Below are positions 24,670-38,006 of a stretch of DNA of 64,000 nt, piece after piece. Numbering within the stretch: the stretch's first letter is position 1; each line of letters begins with the position of its first letter. Position numbers and translations under genes: made by a program. Below the pieces are notes generated by a model. It was not told the origin of the DNA and ran no database searches. It saw nothing but the letters and a program-made list of their open reading frames with translations. Origin of the DNA: the human T2T-CHM13v2.0 reference genome, Homo sapiens; NCBI RefSeq assembly GCF_009914755.1, contig NC_060926.1. One strand, written 5' to 3'.

Positions 24670-27180
24670 AGTTATATTTATTTAATGTATGCTTTAATAT
24701 ACACATCAATGAGTTTTAACATTTGGTAGAGTATATAATCACCACCAAAATAAAAAATTATTTCTAAAAGTTTTCCCATTTCCCTTTACAACCAATAACT
24801 TGTCTATATTCCCAATCCCTGGCAACCTCTGATCTGATCTTTGTACGTATAGTTTTGTATTTTCCAGAAAGTCATTTATATAAAATATAATAGAAACTTA
24901 GAGTATTTTTGTTGCCTTTTGTGTTTTGAGTCTTTTACCTAGCATAATACTTTTGAGATCAATCCAGGATGTTGAACATGTTAGTGGATTTTTTTTTCAC
25001 TGCCAAATAATATTTCATTGTATGGCCACAGCACACTTTGTTTATCTGGTTGATCGGCATTTAATGGGATTTCAATTTTTGGCAATTATGAACAAAGCTG
25101 CTATAAAGATTTGAATGTGAGTCTTTGTGTAGGCATTCATTTTCATTTCTCTTAAGTATATACCTAAGAGGAAAATTAGTAGGTTGTATGATAAGTGTAT
25201 ATTTAACTTGATAGGTAATTATCAAACTGTTTTCCAAAGTGTTTGTACTATTTTGCAATTCCACCAGCAACATATGAGGGCTCTAGTTGCCTTTCTTCTA
25301 ACCAACATTTGGTATTATCAGTCTTTTCAATTTTAGTGATTTTATTAGGTTTGTAGTGGTATCTATTTGTTGTCTTATTTGAGTTTTAAGAGATTTGTTT
25401 CTGTGATTTCTCCTAGAAGTTTTATAGCTTTAGGTTTTACATTTAGATCTGTGATGCATTTTGGTTTTGGTCTTTTTTTTTTTTTTTTTTTTTTTGAGAC
25501 GGAGTCTTGCGTTTTCACCCAGGCTGGAGTGCAGTGGCACTATCTTGGCTCACTGCAAACTCTGCCTCCCGGTTCACGCCATTCTCCTGCCTCAGCCTCC
25601 AGAGTAGCCGGGACTACAGGCGCCTGCCACCATGCCCAGCTAATTTTTTGTATTATTTTTAGTAGAGATGTGGTTTCACCATGTTAGCCAGGATGGTCTC
25701 GATTTCCTGACCTCAAGATCCACCCGCCTCGGCCTCCCAAAGTGCTGGGATTACAGGCGTGAGCCACCATGCCTGGCTGGGTTTTGTCTTTTTTTCCTCG
25801 CCCTGTCTTATGGTTCTGACATTTTGATTTTTATTATTGTTGTTTGTATGGCTTAAGGTAAGGGTAGAGGTTCACTTAATTTGCATGTTGATGTACAATT
25901 GTACCAGAATCATTTGTTAAAATTGAATCTTTTTCCCATTGAATTATGCCAATACCTTGGTGAAAACTTTACTGATCATGTATGTGTGTGTTTCTGGATT
26001 CTGATTCTATTCCATTGAGCTATGTGCTTATCTTTATGCCAATATTATACTTTCTTGACTACTGTAGCTTTATAATTTTGAAATCAGGTAAAATTTGAGT
26101 CCTCCAACTTATATCTTATTATTAAAAATTATTTTATGTCTTCTTGGTCTTCTGCATGTTCTAATATGTTTTAGAATCAGCCTTTATATTTTTACAAAAA
26201 AATCCTGCCGGGATTTTGATTAGAATTGCATTAACTTTCTAGATCAATTTGGGAAGAATTAACTAACACCTTATTGATATTAAATATTCTGATGTTTGAG
26301 AACAGTGTTTCTTTGTATTTACTTAGATCTACTCTAAATCCCTCAACAGTGTCTTGTAATTTTAGGAGGACAAGTTTTTCACATTTTTAAAGTTTTATCC
26401 CAATATTTCATGTTTTTTCATGCTATTGTAAGTGATATTTTAACAACTTTAGTTTCTAATTATTTGTTTTTAGTATATAATTATATTTGAATACAATTGA
26501 TTTAATAAATAAATATTGGTATTGTACATTAATTGTGTATCCTTTGACTTTACTAAACTCACTGGTAGCTTGTTTGTTGGATTCTTTGTGGTTTTCTATG
26601 TAGATGATTATGCCATCTGTGAATAGAGACAGTTTTCTTTCTTCCTCTTAAGTCTGTATGCCTTTTATTTCTTCTTTCTTTATGGCTTAGTTTAGGACCT
26701 CTGGTACAATGGTGAATAGAAGTAGTAAGAGAGGACCTTCTTGCTTTGCTTCCAGTCTTAAGAATGATATTAGTTTTATGTATTTTATAGATACCCTTTA
26801 TTAAGTAGAGGAAATTCCTTTTAGTTTCTAGTTCACTGAGAATTTTCATCATGAATAGGTGTTAAATTTGGTCAAATGCATTTTCTGCATCAACTGAGAT
26901 GACCATATACAGAGTTTTATTTTTTTAGTCTATTGTCACAGTGAATTACATTAATTGATTATTAAATTTTGAACCGACCTTGTATTCTTAGGATAAACAC
27001 TAGTGGATCATGATATTTTATTCATTTTATGTATTGCTAGATTTGATTTGCTAATGTTTTGTTAAAGATTTTTGTACCTACATTCGTCACACATAAACTT
27101 GGTCGGTAATTTTTTTGTGCATAAAGTTCTTGTCTGGTTTTGGTATTTGGATAATGCTGGCCTAACAAAATGAAATTGGA
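24670..27180 (-). mobile_element. Old L1M (3'UTR plus ORF2 fragments)
   Basis: Minus-strand ORF remnants such as 26559..26852 (NFLYLIKGIY) and 25061..25273 resemble L1 ORF2. Confidence 0.85.
25473..25778 (-). mobile_element. AluY inserted in L1
   Basis: ggttcacgccattctcc and gttagccaggatggtctcgat; long poly-T; approximate TSD ggttttg(g)tctttt. Confidence 0.92.
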
Positions 27181-27637
27181 ATGTAATACATTTTCAAAGG
27201 TTGTGTCTACATACAGCTAAATAAAGTAGAGTTCTGCAAGTTTAGTTGGCAATTTTAGACTGCATAATTGTGGCCAAAATTTAAAAATTAAATATTAAGG
27301 TTTCTATTTCTTCCATTATAATATTTAATAACATGGTATTATGTTGTACTTGGGAAAACACTCAGCCTGGCCTTTGATCCTCAGTAGATGCTTGGGAAGT
27401 ATTAGTTACTGGTAACAATATAATAGTAATAATTATAGTGACATAACCATCATATTTTGAACCTATGCTGTACAGAAAATAGTTTTATATAGAGCATCTC
27501 AGAGAAGACTGGACATAACACATTTATACCCAATTATGTGGCAATTTACTACAAAATTATTTTGATTTTAATAAAATTTTAGAGATAAGAAATACATTTA
27601 GTATAGCTCTTAGAATTCTAACATTGACAAACCTTTT

Positions 27638-27993
<356 letters not shown>

Positions 27994-28125
27994 TAATGCT
28001 AAGGTAGCAGAAAAGCAACCATGTTTATTTTTATCTTAACATTAATTTTCATGAGACGGGAACAGTAGAAGCTAACAGCATCAAAGTTTGGTAAACTTTC
28101 CACTGCACTCTTGCCTGATGGATCC

Positions 28126-28273
28126 TAGTGATGCTTAAATGTGGGTGTCTAAGAATCAGCAGTATCAACATCACCTAGATGTTAGTGATGCAAATTTATG
28201 CCTGGAAAGAGGAGAAATCTGTGTTTTGACAAGCTGGTAATACTGGTGTTCACTAAAGCTTGGGAAGCACTAG
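28126..28273. mobile_element. MER5A-like hAT MITE, internally deleted
   Basis: cagcagtatcaacatcacctag...tgcaaatt...aatctgtgttttgacaagc...aaagcttgggaagcactag. Confidence 0.7.
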
Positions 28274-29584
28274 CTGAGTATATAGTCATCAGGGTATGAG
28301 GTGATTGGAAACACTAAGAGTCCAACATGAACATTTAGAAGAGAGCTGGTTCTCTCTTCTGAGTTAAACACCTTGTGTTGTTAGATGCAGTCTGAACTGC
28401 AGAGAAAGACACAGTTACTTGTAGCAGGTAGCATGCTCAAAAACATGATTCCCCTTTTTTAAAAATTTTCCTCACTTATGCCATCTGCATAAAGTGATGC
28501 TTAGAAAAAAAAGCAGAATTTACAGAAGCATAGAGAAATTTGCTTCAAAATGAGATTCAGAACTCAAGGTGCTGTGTTTACAGTGTACTTTTCCTAAGAC
28601 CAGCACATCCTACTGTCAAATCCCTCCCAAATATTTGAAAACTTGCCAATATTTAATAGGCTTGTTTTTTTTTCTAGGTACATATCCTTTGCTGTTTCTC
28701 TTCAAATTATAAGTCCAGTAGAATTTACAAATAAGCTAATAGTTCAAAATCTAATCTAGAAAGGAGAAGATGAACAATAGTAAAATCCTCTAATGCCAGC
28801 TTCGTGATTTTATTTCTCCTCCGTCACAGCTTGGTTGACTTTACCAGTGTTGTCTAATTCTTTAATTATTCTACATTGTGTTCTAAAGAACAGTGTGTTC
28901 TTCCTATTGTGCACATTGCATCATTATACTTATCAATTAAGTCAAAGGAGCTTGAAGATCACAGCCTTCTAATTTAGAAAGATATTCTGAGAGAAAAAGA
29001 AATAGAGGATGATTCATTCTTGTGGGTATTTGCAGTTTAAATTACCTAAAAAGAATGACAGGCTACTTGTGACTTACCTGATCCTAGGACTTTTACTAGG
29101 CAAATAATAGATTTGAAAGGATGCTAGAAAATGCTATTTTTAAGTGAAAAATTGTATGCTGTCTTTTCATAATTAAACAAAATAGAATCTGAAATCCAAT
29201 CTCCTTGGCTTTCTATGGTGGGAATCAAGGATTCTTTTTATTATTAATCTGATAACCAAAATTAGTTTACACAGCAGTCTGGCTGCTCAGAATAGAAAAT
29301 GGATTTTATTCATTTATTTATTTAGATAGAAATTACTCTTTGGCATTGTAAAAGAGATAAGGCATTTGTGGGACTACTCAGTGGGTTATTTCAAGTTATG
29401 TTGCTGTGTATTAGAAACTAGATTTTTCTGTCTGAACAAATTATTCATTAGTGAAATGTTATTCATAGCAAAGAGTCTTACACATCCAGGGGTCACTAAA
29501 TTGCAAAGTATTTGAACACTGCCTAATGAAATGTACTCTAAAAAGTCAACAGGTGTGTATCGAGTACCTACTATGGTCAAGAAC

Positions 29585-30024
29585 TGTGAAGGTCTTTGAT
29601 TTTGCCCTATTTGCAAGCTAACAAGTTAGTCTGCCACATAAGAACCCTGGAACTTTATTACTCAGCACTGCAGGGAGCATGGGCTTTATGTTTGCATTGG
29701 TTCAGTTTCCTTCCACCCCATCATCTCCCATCAAGTCCCATGGGGGTTGTGGAATGACCCAGGTGGATGATGCACACACAATGGGTTTGTGTCATAGCTG
29801 AAGATCACTGAACTTAGGAATCTGTCAATCTCATGAAGAGCCTGCTTGCTAAACCTGTCCAACCTTTGCTCTGTGGGGAGACTTGATCTTTATTCTGATC
29901 AGAAAACAAATTGCCCTCTGCCTCGGAAGGGGAGACACTATACCTTCCAAGGTTGTTTGCTGTACAAACATCATTGGGAAGACAGTGGAAGGATGTACAG
30001 AAATACCATGAAGAATTGTCTGTC
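29585..30024 (-). mobile_element. LTR41-like ERVL solo LTR
   Basis: Terminus tgtgaaggtctttgattttgccctatttgcaagctaacaagttagtctgccac at one end and ccatgaagaattgtctgtca at the other match the recalled LTR41 ends. Confidence 0.7.
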
Positions 30025-30149
30025 AGTGTTATGTACTTATTACACCAGATGCTGTAAGGGATAAGAAAAGGGGAAAGATACAAATACTGTGCCTTGGTCT
30101 TGATGGGAGGAAACCTAATATATTGGAAAGAGCTTCTTTGGGAAATCAC

Positions 30150-30310
30150 ACAAATGGACGCTCCAGTCCCAGCTCTGTTATTAACAGCCATCTGATTTCA
30201 GTCAGTTTTTTTTAGTTCTCTGAGCCTCCATTCCTTCATCTCTAAAATGGACACTATATCTATCTTCATGGATTTTTCTGAGGATGACAGGAAGTAAATA
30301 TATGACAAAT
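30150..30310 (+). mobile_element. MIR relic
   Basis: tctctgagcctccattccttcatctctaaaatgg is the MIR core. Confidence 0.7.
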
Positions 30311-32319
30311 TGTAGGGCATTCACTGGCTGATATAATGAAAGTATTAAGAAGCTAATGAGAACTGGTATTCATTAGGAGCATTAGTGCTTACAAATAAGG
30401 AAAAAGAGAAGAATATACAACCCTGTGCTGAACATAACTCAGCTTGTCTTTCAAGGGAGGGAACCAGAGCCATTCTTATGCAACCCCGATGTTAGACAAA
30501 AGGAATGTACCTGTTTTCTAGTAAGAGAAGGCCACTATATCTTATTAGGTATGCTAAAAAATTTGTTGTTAACTTTATTTTTTCTGTATTATTCAGCAAA
30601 AGTTGAAGGTATAAAAGGTTTTAAAATATTTTAAAATAATGGTTTATCTACTTCAAGAATTTTGCAAAATGTTGGAGAGGGCCCTGGGTAATGAAATGCC
30701 CCACAGCGTACAATACCCTTGAATTTCCTCAGCAATGGTAGACTCAAAGGAAAAACTATATATTGATAGAGATAAGCCAATGAAACATTTGCCTTGTTAG
30801 GACAGCTGACCATAGCTGATGAATAGCAATACAATATATAGTCCTTCTGTATAGAAGCACTTTATGATGACTCAATAACAACTTGAAATAGAAAAAGGAG
30901 AGTTTGCCAGGAGGTAATAAGAAGCTAGATATCCCATCATCATAATTCTTTTTGCATAACTGTACCCACTCTCTATAAAATCAAGTGCTGTGAAAAACAG
31001 ATTGCATGCCATTGATACATGGAAGCATGTTGTCACAAGCAATTACAGCATGCTACATTAAACAACCATGTGCTGTGTTATGTCTTAGGCCACACGCTGC
31101 AATGTTCTCTTTTAATAGTTATAATGAAGTTGGTTTCATTTTTCAAGTAACTGGGACTTAAACATTTACTGAAGACTTTAAATAGCAAGGCCAACATTTT
31201 AATACTTAGACTAACACAGTTTGATAATTTAAGAATAGGACTTAGAAGTCGACTGTGAAAAACATTTAATAAAAAAATAAGTAATCTGCATACTTTATTA
31301 GAAAAATAAGTCACTAGGAAAACTGAGAGTAAAATGTCTAGTTTACAGGGATGTTCTATTGGAGAAATCTTGATTTATAAATATCTTTGAAAATCACCTA
31401 AAAACTCTTGGGTATCCAAACAGTATCCACCAACAAAACTAAGCTAAGATGATCTTTTGTGGTAGTGTTTACACATTAGAATGAGTTTGAATCCCCTTGA
31501 ATCTTTCTTAGACCAGCTTTATTATGACGATACTCACCATCACTACTTCCTCTGGAATGTCTTAATGCCAGGTCTTGGTATGGGTTCTTCATATCTTAAC
31601 TATTTAAAGTTTATTTATTTGCATTTTAGATAATTAATTGATTCATATAATTTGTACCAGACATTTTCAGAAATACATAGTAAAAAGTCCCCCTCCAGCT
31701 TCTTGCTCTTTCCCACTAAATTCTCATTGTTCTCAACCCCTAAAGAAGTAGTCACTGTAATTAGTTTCCTGTCATCCGCCAGAGATTTTTTAATATGCAA
31801 TTAAATGTAAGAAGCTGTCTATTTCCACACAGCCTCACAATACAGTGCATTATCCAACATAAAACAATTTACACATTAGCATTTTTATTGCCATTTTATA
31901 GATAAAACTGGGGTACTGTGAAGTTTTATAACTTGCTCAACACCATCTAACATAAAATCGAAGGTGAGAGGATTTAAAATGAGATCTATTTGTCTAACTG
32001 CAAAATCCATATTGCTCCCTTATAAAATGTGAACAACTTACTTGATCGTGGATGAAACTGAGAGGGCCAAGTGGCCTTTCCAAGGACACAAAAGAAGGGG
32101 ATGCGGGTTCAGAATTAAGAATGAATCTTCTGATGCTTTCTCTAGTATTCTGTCCATTATATCATGCAGTTTCTTTGGATATTTAATTTTCTGTTGGTGT
32201 GAATTTCTATGTGTCTTGCCTTTCCATTAGAAGGAAATTCAAACTTAATCTTTCTAGCATTTTTTTTTTCATTCTCTGGGCCTTTAAAAGGTACTTTAAC
32301 TAGTTCACTATCAGTATAT

Positions 32320-35300
32320 TTTAAAATTTATTTTTAAATTTATGTAACAGTAAAATCCACACTTTGTAGTATACAGTTGTATAGATTTTGACAAATGCTT
32401 AGGGTCCTGTATTTACACAACAGTCATAATATGGAAGAGTTCCATCAACTCCCCATATTTTTCAGACTGCCCCCTTGATGTTAGCACTCATTTCCACTCC
32501 AACCCATGGTAACTGCAAATCTGTTTCTATCCATCTAGTTCTGTCTTTTCCAGAATGTTAAAGAAGTGGAATGATACAATATGTACTTTGGTTGGACCTC
32601 TTTCAATGAACAAAGTCCATTGAGATTCACCAATATTGTTGTGTGAATCAATATTTCATTACTTTTGTATCAATGAGTAATATTGTATTGTAGCAACATT
32701 CCAGTTTGTTTATCCATTTTCCAGTTGTTTCAGGTTTTAATGATTATGAGTAAAAGCTGCTATAAACATTTCTATACAGGTTTTTGTGAGAACATAAGTT
32801 TTTGTTTCTCATGAGTAAATACCTATGAGTAGGATTGCTGGGTCATAAGTAGTATATGGTTATTGTATAACAAGCCACCAAACAGTCTCCCAAAGTGGCT
32901 ATACTATTTTATATTCCTAATCAGCCAGTATTTGTGACTTCTAGTTGCTCTGCATCCTCATCAGCATGTGGTGGTGTCTTTTGTAAACATTTTTTTAACC
33001 ATTCCAATAGGTGTACAGTAGTATCTCATTGTGCCTGTAATTTGCATTTCCCTAATGACTAATGATGTTGGACATATTTTCATGTGCTTGTCACCTGCAT
33101 GTCCTCTTCAGTGAAATGTCCAAATAATTGCATCATTTTAATATTGGATTTTTGTTTTCCTATTGTGTTTGAGAGTTCTTTACATATTCTAGATAAAAAT
33201 CTCTTGTAAGGTTTTTGATTTGTAAATATTTTTCCAAGTCTCTGGCTTATTTTTAAAAAATTCTCCTAGTATGTCTTTCATGGAAAAAAGGTTTTAATTT
33301 TAAATGTTCAATTTATCAATTTTTTTCTTTTGTTGGTCATGTTTTGGTGTAATATCTAAGAAAATTTTGCCTGATCCAAGATCACAATTATTTTTTCCTT
33401 AAATTTTCTTATAGAAATCTTATAGTTTTAGGTTTTACATTTAGTTCTATGATCCATTTGAGTTAATTTTTATATATGGAGTGAAGTAGAGGTTGCATAT
33501 TTTTTCCTCTCTTTTTTGTGCATATGAATAGCCAATTGTTTCAGCAACATTTGTTGAAGAGACTATCTTTTTCCATTGAATTATCTTTGTACCTTGTACC
33601 AAAGTTCATTGTTTTTATATACATGTGTATATTTCTGGAGTCTCTTTTGTTTCATTGATCTGTTTGTCTATTTTTATTTGTTGTATTAAGTAGTCTATCT
33701 TTGTAACAAAACCTGGTATCAGACATTGTTTCCTCTCCAACATTCTTCATCTTTTTCCAAGTGTTTTGACTACTTCTGGGTTTTGAATTTACATATGCAT
33801 TTATCATAAACTTGCCATGACTCTTTTTGATATTCCCTGACCTTCTTGAATATATGGTTTGTTGTGTGTCATTAATTTTGAAAACTTCTAGTCTATTATT
33901 GTTTTCCAAGGATTCTACCTTGTTCTCATTCTTACTTCTTCTGTGATTTCATTATGTGCATGTTAGATGGTTTGATAGTGTCCCAAAGCTCCTGGATGCT
34001 GTTTTATTTTATTTATTTTTACTTTCTTTGTGGTTTATTCCATGTCATTTCTATTGACCTATCTTTAAGGTCACTACTGTTTTCCTCAGTTTTTTCAAGT
34101 CTAGAAATGAGCTCATCATAGGCATTCTTCATTCCTCTTACTGTGATTTTTATTTCTAGCATTTCCGTTAATTATTTCTTATGATCTTCAGCTCTGAAGT
34201 TATCCTTCTTACCCTACATGTTTCCCCCTGTTTCTCTTAAATCTTTAGTTATTTTAACTTTAAATTTAGCTAGATATATTTCCAATATCTGTGTTATACC
34301 TAAGTCTGATCCTGTTTAATACCTTTTCACATTGTGTATATTTCTTGATTTTTCATATGCCTCATTATTTTTATTTTTAAAGCTTCATTTTCATTTTTAT
34401 TATATATGGCAAGAGACACTAAGGTGAATAGTTTTATGCCTGCAGATGGACATGTCTTTCCTTCTGCTAAGTCTTTAGTGTGGGGATTTGAGCCAATCTA
34501 GTCTGGAGTTGAGCTGGTTTTGGATTTGTTATTGATGGATACCTTGATAGAATCATAGGCTTCAAATTCCTCTTGGTATATTTTGTGTTTAGGATGGGAG
34601 CCAGGTTTTCTCAATATCTGTTCCATCCTCAGCCTTGAGTCTTCCCTATCAGCTTTGTCTTAGATAACTTCTTCTCTGCTGTCTTGTCTCTCTTCTATTC
34701 CTCTTCCAGAAATATTCTACTGTTGCTTCTTATTCATTACTTGTCTTCCTGTTGGTGTGAATGTGGGAGAAATTCTCTGTTGTTCTGATGAAGCTTTAGT
34801 TTAAGCAGACAATATTACCCTGGCTCTCAGGATTATAACTTAATCCTTAGTGTTTCTGATCCTTTTCTGGTTATTTTTAGCCCAGCATGTATTTCTGCCC
34901 TTCCTCTTAGTCGTTAAGAGGTTTTTCCTATTTTTTTCTCCAGACAGAATTAGTTTTTACCAGTGCCCTAAGAGCCACAGTATTTGTCCTTCCTTCCCAT
35001 CCCAAGGCTATGGTTCCTTCTGGGTGATAGGGAAGAAGGATATCTGTGCTCTTCCCACAGTGGCTCATGTACCCCTCTTCCAGGCCTGAACTATGGGGAA
35101 TGTTCTCTTTGAACTCACCTAGGTGTTTTGTTGTCTTTGTTGTTGTTTTTCGATTTGGAGCACTTGGTGAGGTCCATGAAGAAGAGCTTATAAGTAGTTG
35201 TAAACTTTTTGTTTTTCTCCTTCCCCAGGGGATCCACACTTTTCTCTAGCCCACATTGACTTTTATCAATTTGTTAACAATTAAAGCTGAATTCACTTAG

Positions 35301-35480
35301 TCTTCCTCCGGCAGCATCTGCCCTTGGTAAGAAAGTGGTCATGTTTTGTCTTTTTCTCCTTAGATTTTGGACTAGTTGGTTGACTTGTGACCCTAGTTCT
35401 CTGATTGGTTCAAAAAAGTATAAAATTTGAAGTTTCTCTGGCTTTTGTTGCTGTTTTAAGAAGGTAGTGACATGTTTCAC
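32320..35480 (-). mobile_element. Old L1M, internally deleted (3'UTR, ORF2 C-terminus, ORF1/5'UTR remnants)
   Basis: tttgcatttccctaatgactaatgatgttggacat and other ORF2 3' motifs at 32.7-33.8 kb; L1M-type 5' sequence to about 35480. Confidence 0.75.
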
Positions 35481-36656
35481 AACTAACTACATTACAAGTA
35501 AAAACCATAAGTATGTCTCAATTTCAATGTATATATATATGAAACAGAATAGTTGCACTTTCAATCAGACTTCATCTAAATGTTCCTCTTGGGGATGGCC
35601 ACCCAGTAAGATAATTAATAGACTGTATGCCTCAAAGCATCCAATTCATCAGGGAATTTATTCCTTACCAATTTAGTCATGTTCTCTGAATTTTCTTCAG
35701 AAAACTAGCAGAAAGCTAGAGGGCCTAAGATGGTAGAATTGTAAGCACAAATGAAAACTTAGAGTTTTGAATAAGATGTTTTTGGTGAAACAATGTAACC
35801 TCCCTGTGAGTCAAATGTTCTCTGGTTCATGGACAGAAAATAGGAAACTTCCATTTGAAGTCTAGACTATTTTTCTCACTTCATGGCAGATCTATAAAGC
35901 ATTTCTTGATGTATCAAGGGTTTTATGATCACCAATACAGAGAAAACAACTCATGACTTAATCCATTATTTCCCAGAAGAGCAGCTGTCTCAAGGATTTT
36001 AGAATTGCCTCTTCTGCACTGCAGGTGATTTAAGTGCTGAGCTAAATAAGTACCAATTTTCCAATTTTATACCACTTCAGACTGTGTTGATATTTGGCAT
36101 CTGAAGACCAAGTTATCCACTCATTTTTATAGTGTACAATTTAGTATCTACTATAGGTAAGATGCAGTTTAGAACTGGTAAAAATTTATGAGGACAACTA
36201 GTTATCACACATGATCATTTTTCATCTGAACCTTTTTAGCTGATGTAGAAAGCTCCAGATAACAAATTGGTTTTAAGACATATCAGTGTGGGAAATTTCA
36301 TCCTTTTCTGCTTCAGAGTGCTCAAAGCTGAGTTATTGCTGAATCTGGGAGAAAAATGTAGAATGTCGTATCTTCTTTACATAAGAGTAAAAATATTTAG
36401 TGCAATTGTTAAGGTGCTGCTCTAAAATGTACATGCCTTGAGCCTGGTCTCTGTTCTAACACTAGTTTTATGTAAAAACTTGGGAAAGTCACTTACTCCC
36501 CTTCATCCTCGCTTTTCTTGACTCTGAGATAAAAGTAATAATATTGGCTCTTTCAGCTTTTGATGATCAAACTATCAAGTTAGGTCCTAGGCTACATATT
36601 AACAAAGCTTTAAGCCAGTGTTAGCCAGGTAGTGGGCACTAAACAAAGATTGGCTA

Positions 36657-37225
36657 TGTCACAGTAGGTGGCTAGTAAGGTATGAGTGGGGCAGGAGAGG
36701 GCTCTCTCCACCCACCAGGAATGTCAGGTGACCATCAGGTGATGGTCAGGCAGTTGTCACATTGTGTGACACTCTAAAATAATAATTGGTCACAGCCAAG
36801 GCCAGGGAGAGGCAGTTTCCCAACAGATAAATACACCTAGAACTGGTAATCGGCAGCTTTCAGGAATTGGGCAAGTGGGCTGGAGCATGTGCATTAAGAG
36901 GCAAAATGGTGAAGTATGACCTTCTGGGGCCATTCCATTGGAAAGGGGAAGAAAGCCTCAGGTGAGCTTGTATACAACTTCAGTAAACACACTGCGCATG
37001 CTCACCTCTGGTGCTGGCAGGCACTGTGCATGTGGGTGGCTTACCCTAAGGGAAGAATAAAAGGAAAGGGGTGCAAGATGCTGGAAGCAGGCCAGCATAT
37101 ATAATCCTAGGTTCAAGGTCAGACGGGGCACTTGACCTGCAAGACACCAACTTGGGCCTCTTCCAAGTGTACTTTCCTTTCTTTCATTCCTGCTCTAAAG
37201 CTTTTTCATAAACTCCCACTCCTGC
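36657..37225 (+). mobile_element. MER50-like ERV1 LTR, 3'-truncated
   Basis: caggaatgtcaggtgaccatcaggtgatggtcagg...ctctaaaataataattggtc...agaggcaaaatgg; TATA-like tatataa near 37098; ends abruptly at L1 sequence. Confidence 0.8.
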
Positions 37226-37406
37226 ACATAGGCTAAGAGAAGAGATTAAATAGAATTATATAAACTGTTCAATTAAACAGAGACAGCAGAAAAGAGAAAA
37301 AATAATAAATAGAAAACAATATCAAACATAGTAGATATTAATCCAGCTATATCAATGATCATTTTAAATGGGAGTGGTCTAAATATACCAATTAAAAGAC
37401 ACTGTC

Positions 37407-37654
37407 CTCACTTATAAGTAGGAGCTAAACGATAAGAATACATGGACACATAGAGGGAAACATCACAAACTGGAGCCTGTTGGAAGGTGGAGATCAAGAG
37501 GAAGGAGAGGAGCAGGAAATGTAACTAATAAGTCCTCTGCTTAATACCTGGGTGATGAAATAATCTGTACAACCAACTCCCATGACACACATTTACCTAT
37601 GTAACAAACCTGCACATCCTGCACACGTACCCCTGAACTTAAAAGCTGAAACAG
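37407..37654 (+). mobile_element. Older L1PA 3' end fragment with TSD
   Basis: ...aacaaacctgcacatcctgcacacgtacccctgaacttaaaag; TSD aaaagacactgtc / aaaagacattgtc. Confidence 0.85.
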
Positions 37655-37693
37655 AAAAGACATTGTCAGTATGGCTTAAAAAACACCCAAATC

Positions 37694-37802
37694 TGCTTGA
37701 ACCCGGGAGGCGGAGGTTGCTGTGAGCCGAGATTGCGCCACTGCACTCCAGTCTGGGCGACAGGGAGAGACTCTGTCTCAAAATACATACATGCATACGT
37801 AC
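37694..37802 (+). mobile_element. 5'-truncated Alu (end of right monomer)
   Basis: gcttgaacccgggaggcggaggttgc...gactctgtctcaaaa with a (TACA)n tail, flanked by acacccaaatc. Confidence 0.9.
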
Positions 37803-38006
37803 ACACCCAAATCGATGTTGTCAGTATGGTTTAAAGAAACACCCAAATCTATGTCGTCTAAACCACTTTAAACACTCAGGTTAAAAGTAAAGTGATGGAA
37901 AAAAATACATCATGATAGCACTAATCAAAAGAGAGTTGGTCTGCTTAATTCTAGACAAAACAGCCTTCAGGACAATAAAGATTATCATGGATACAGAGGG
38001 TGATTA

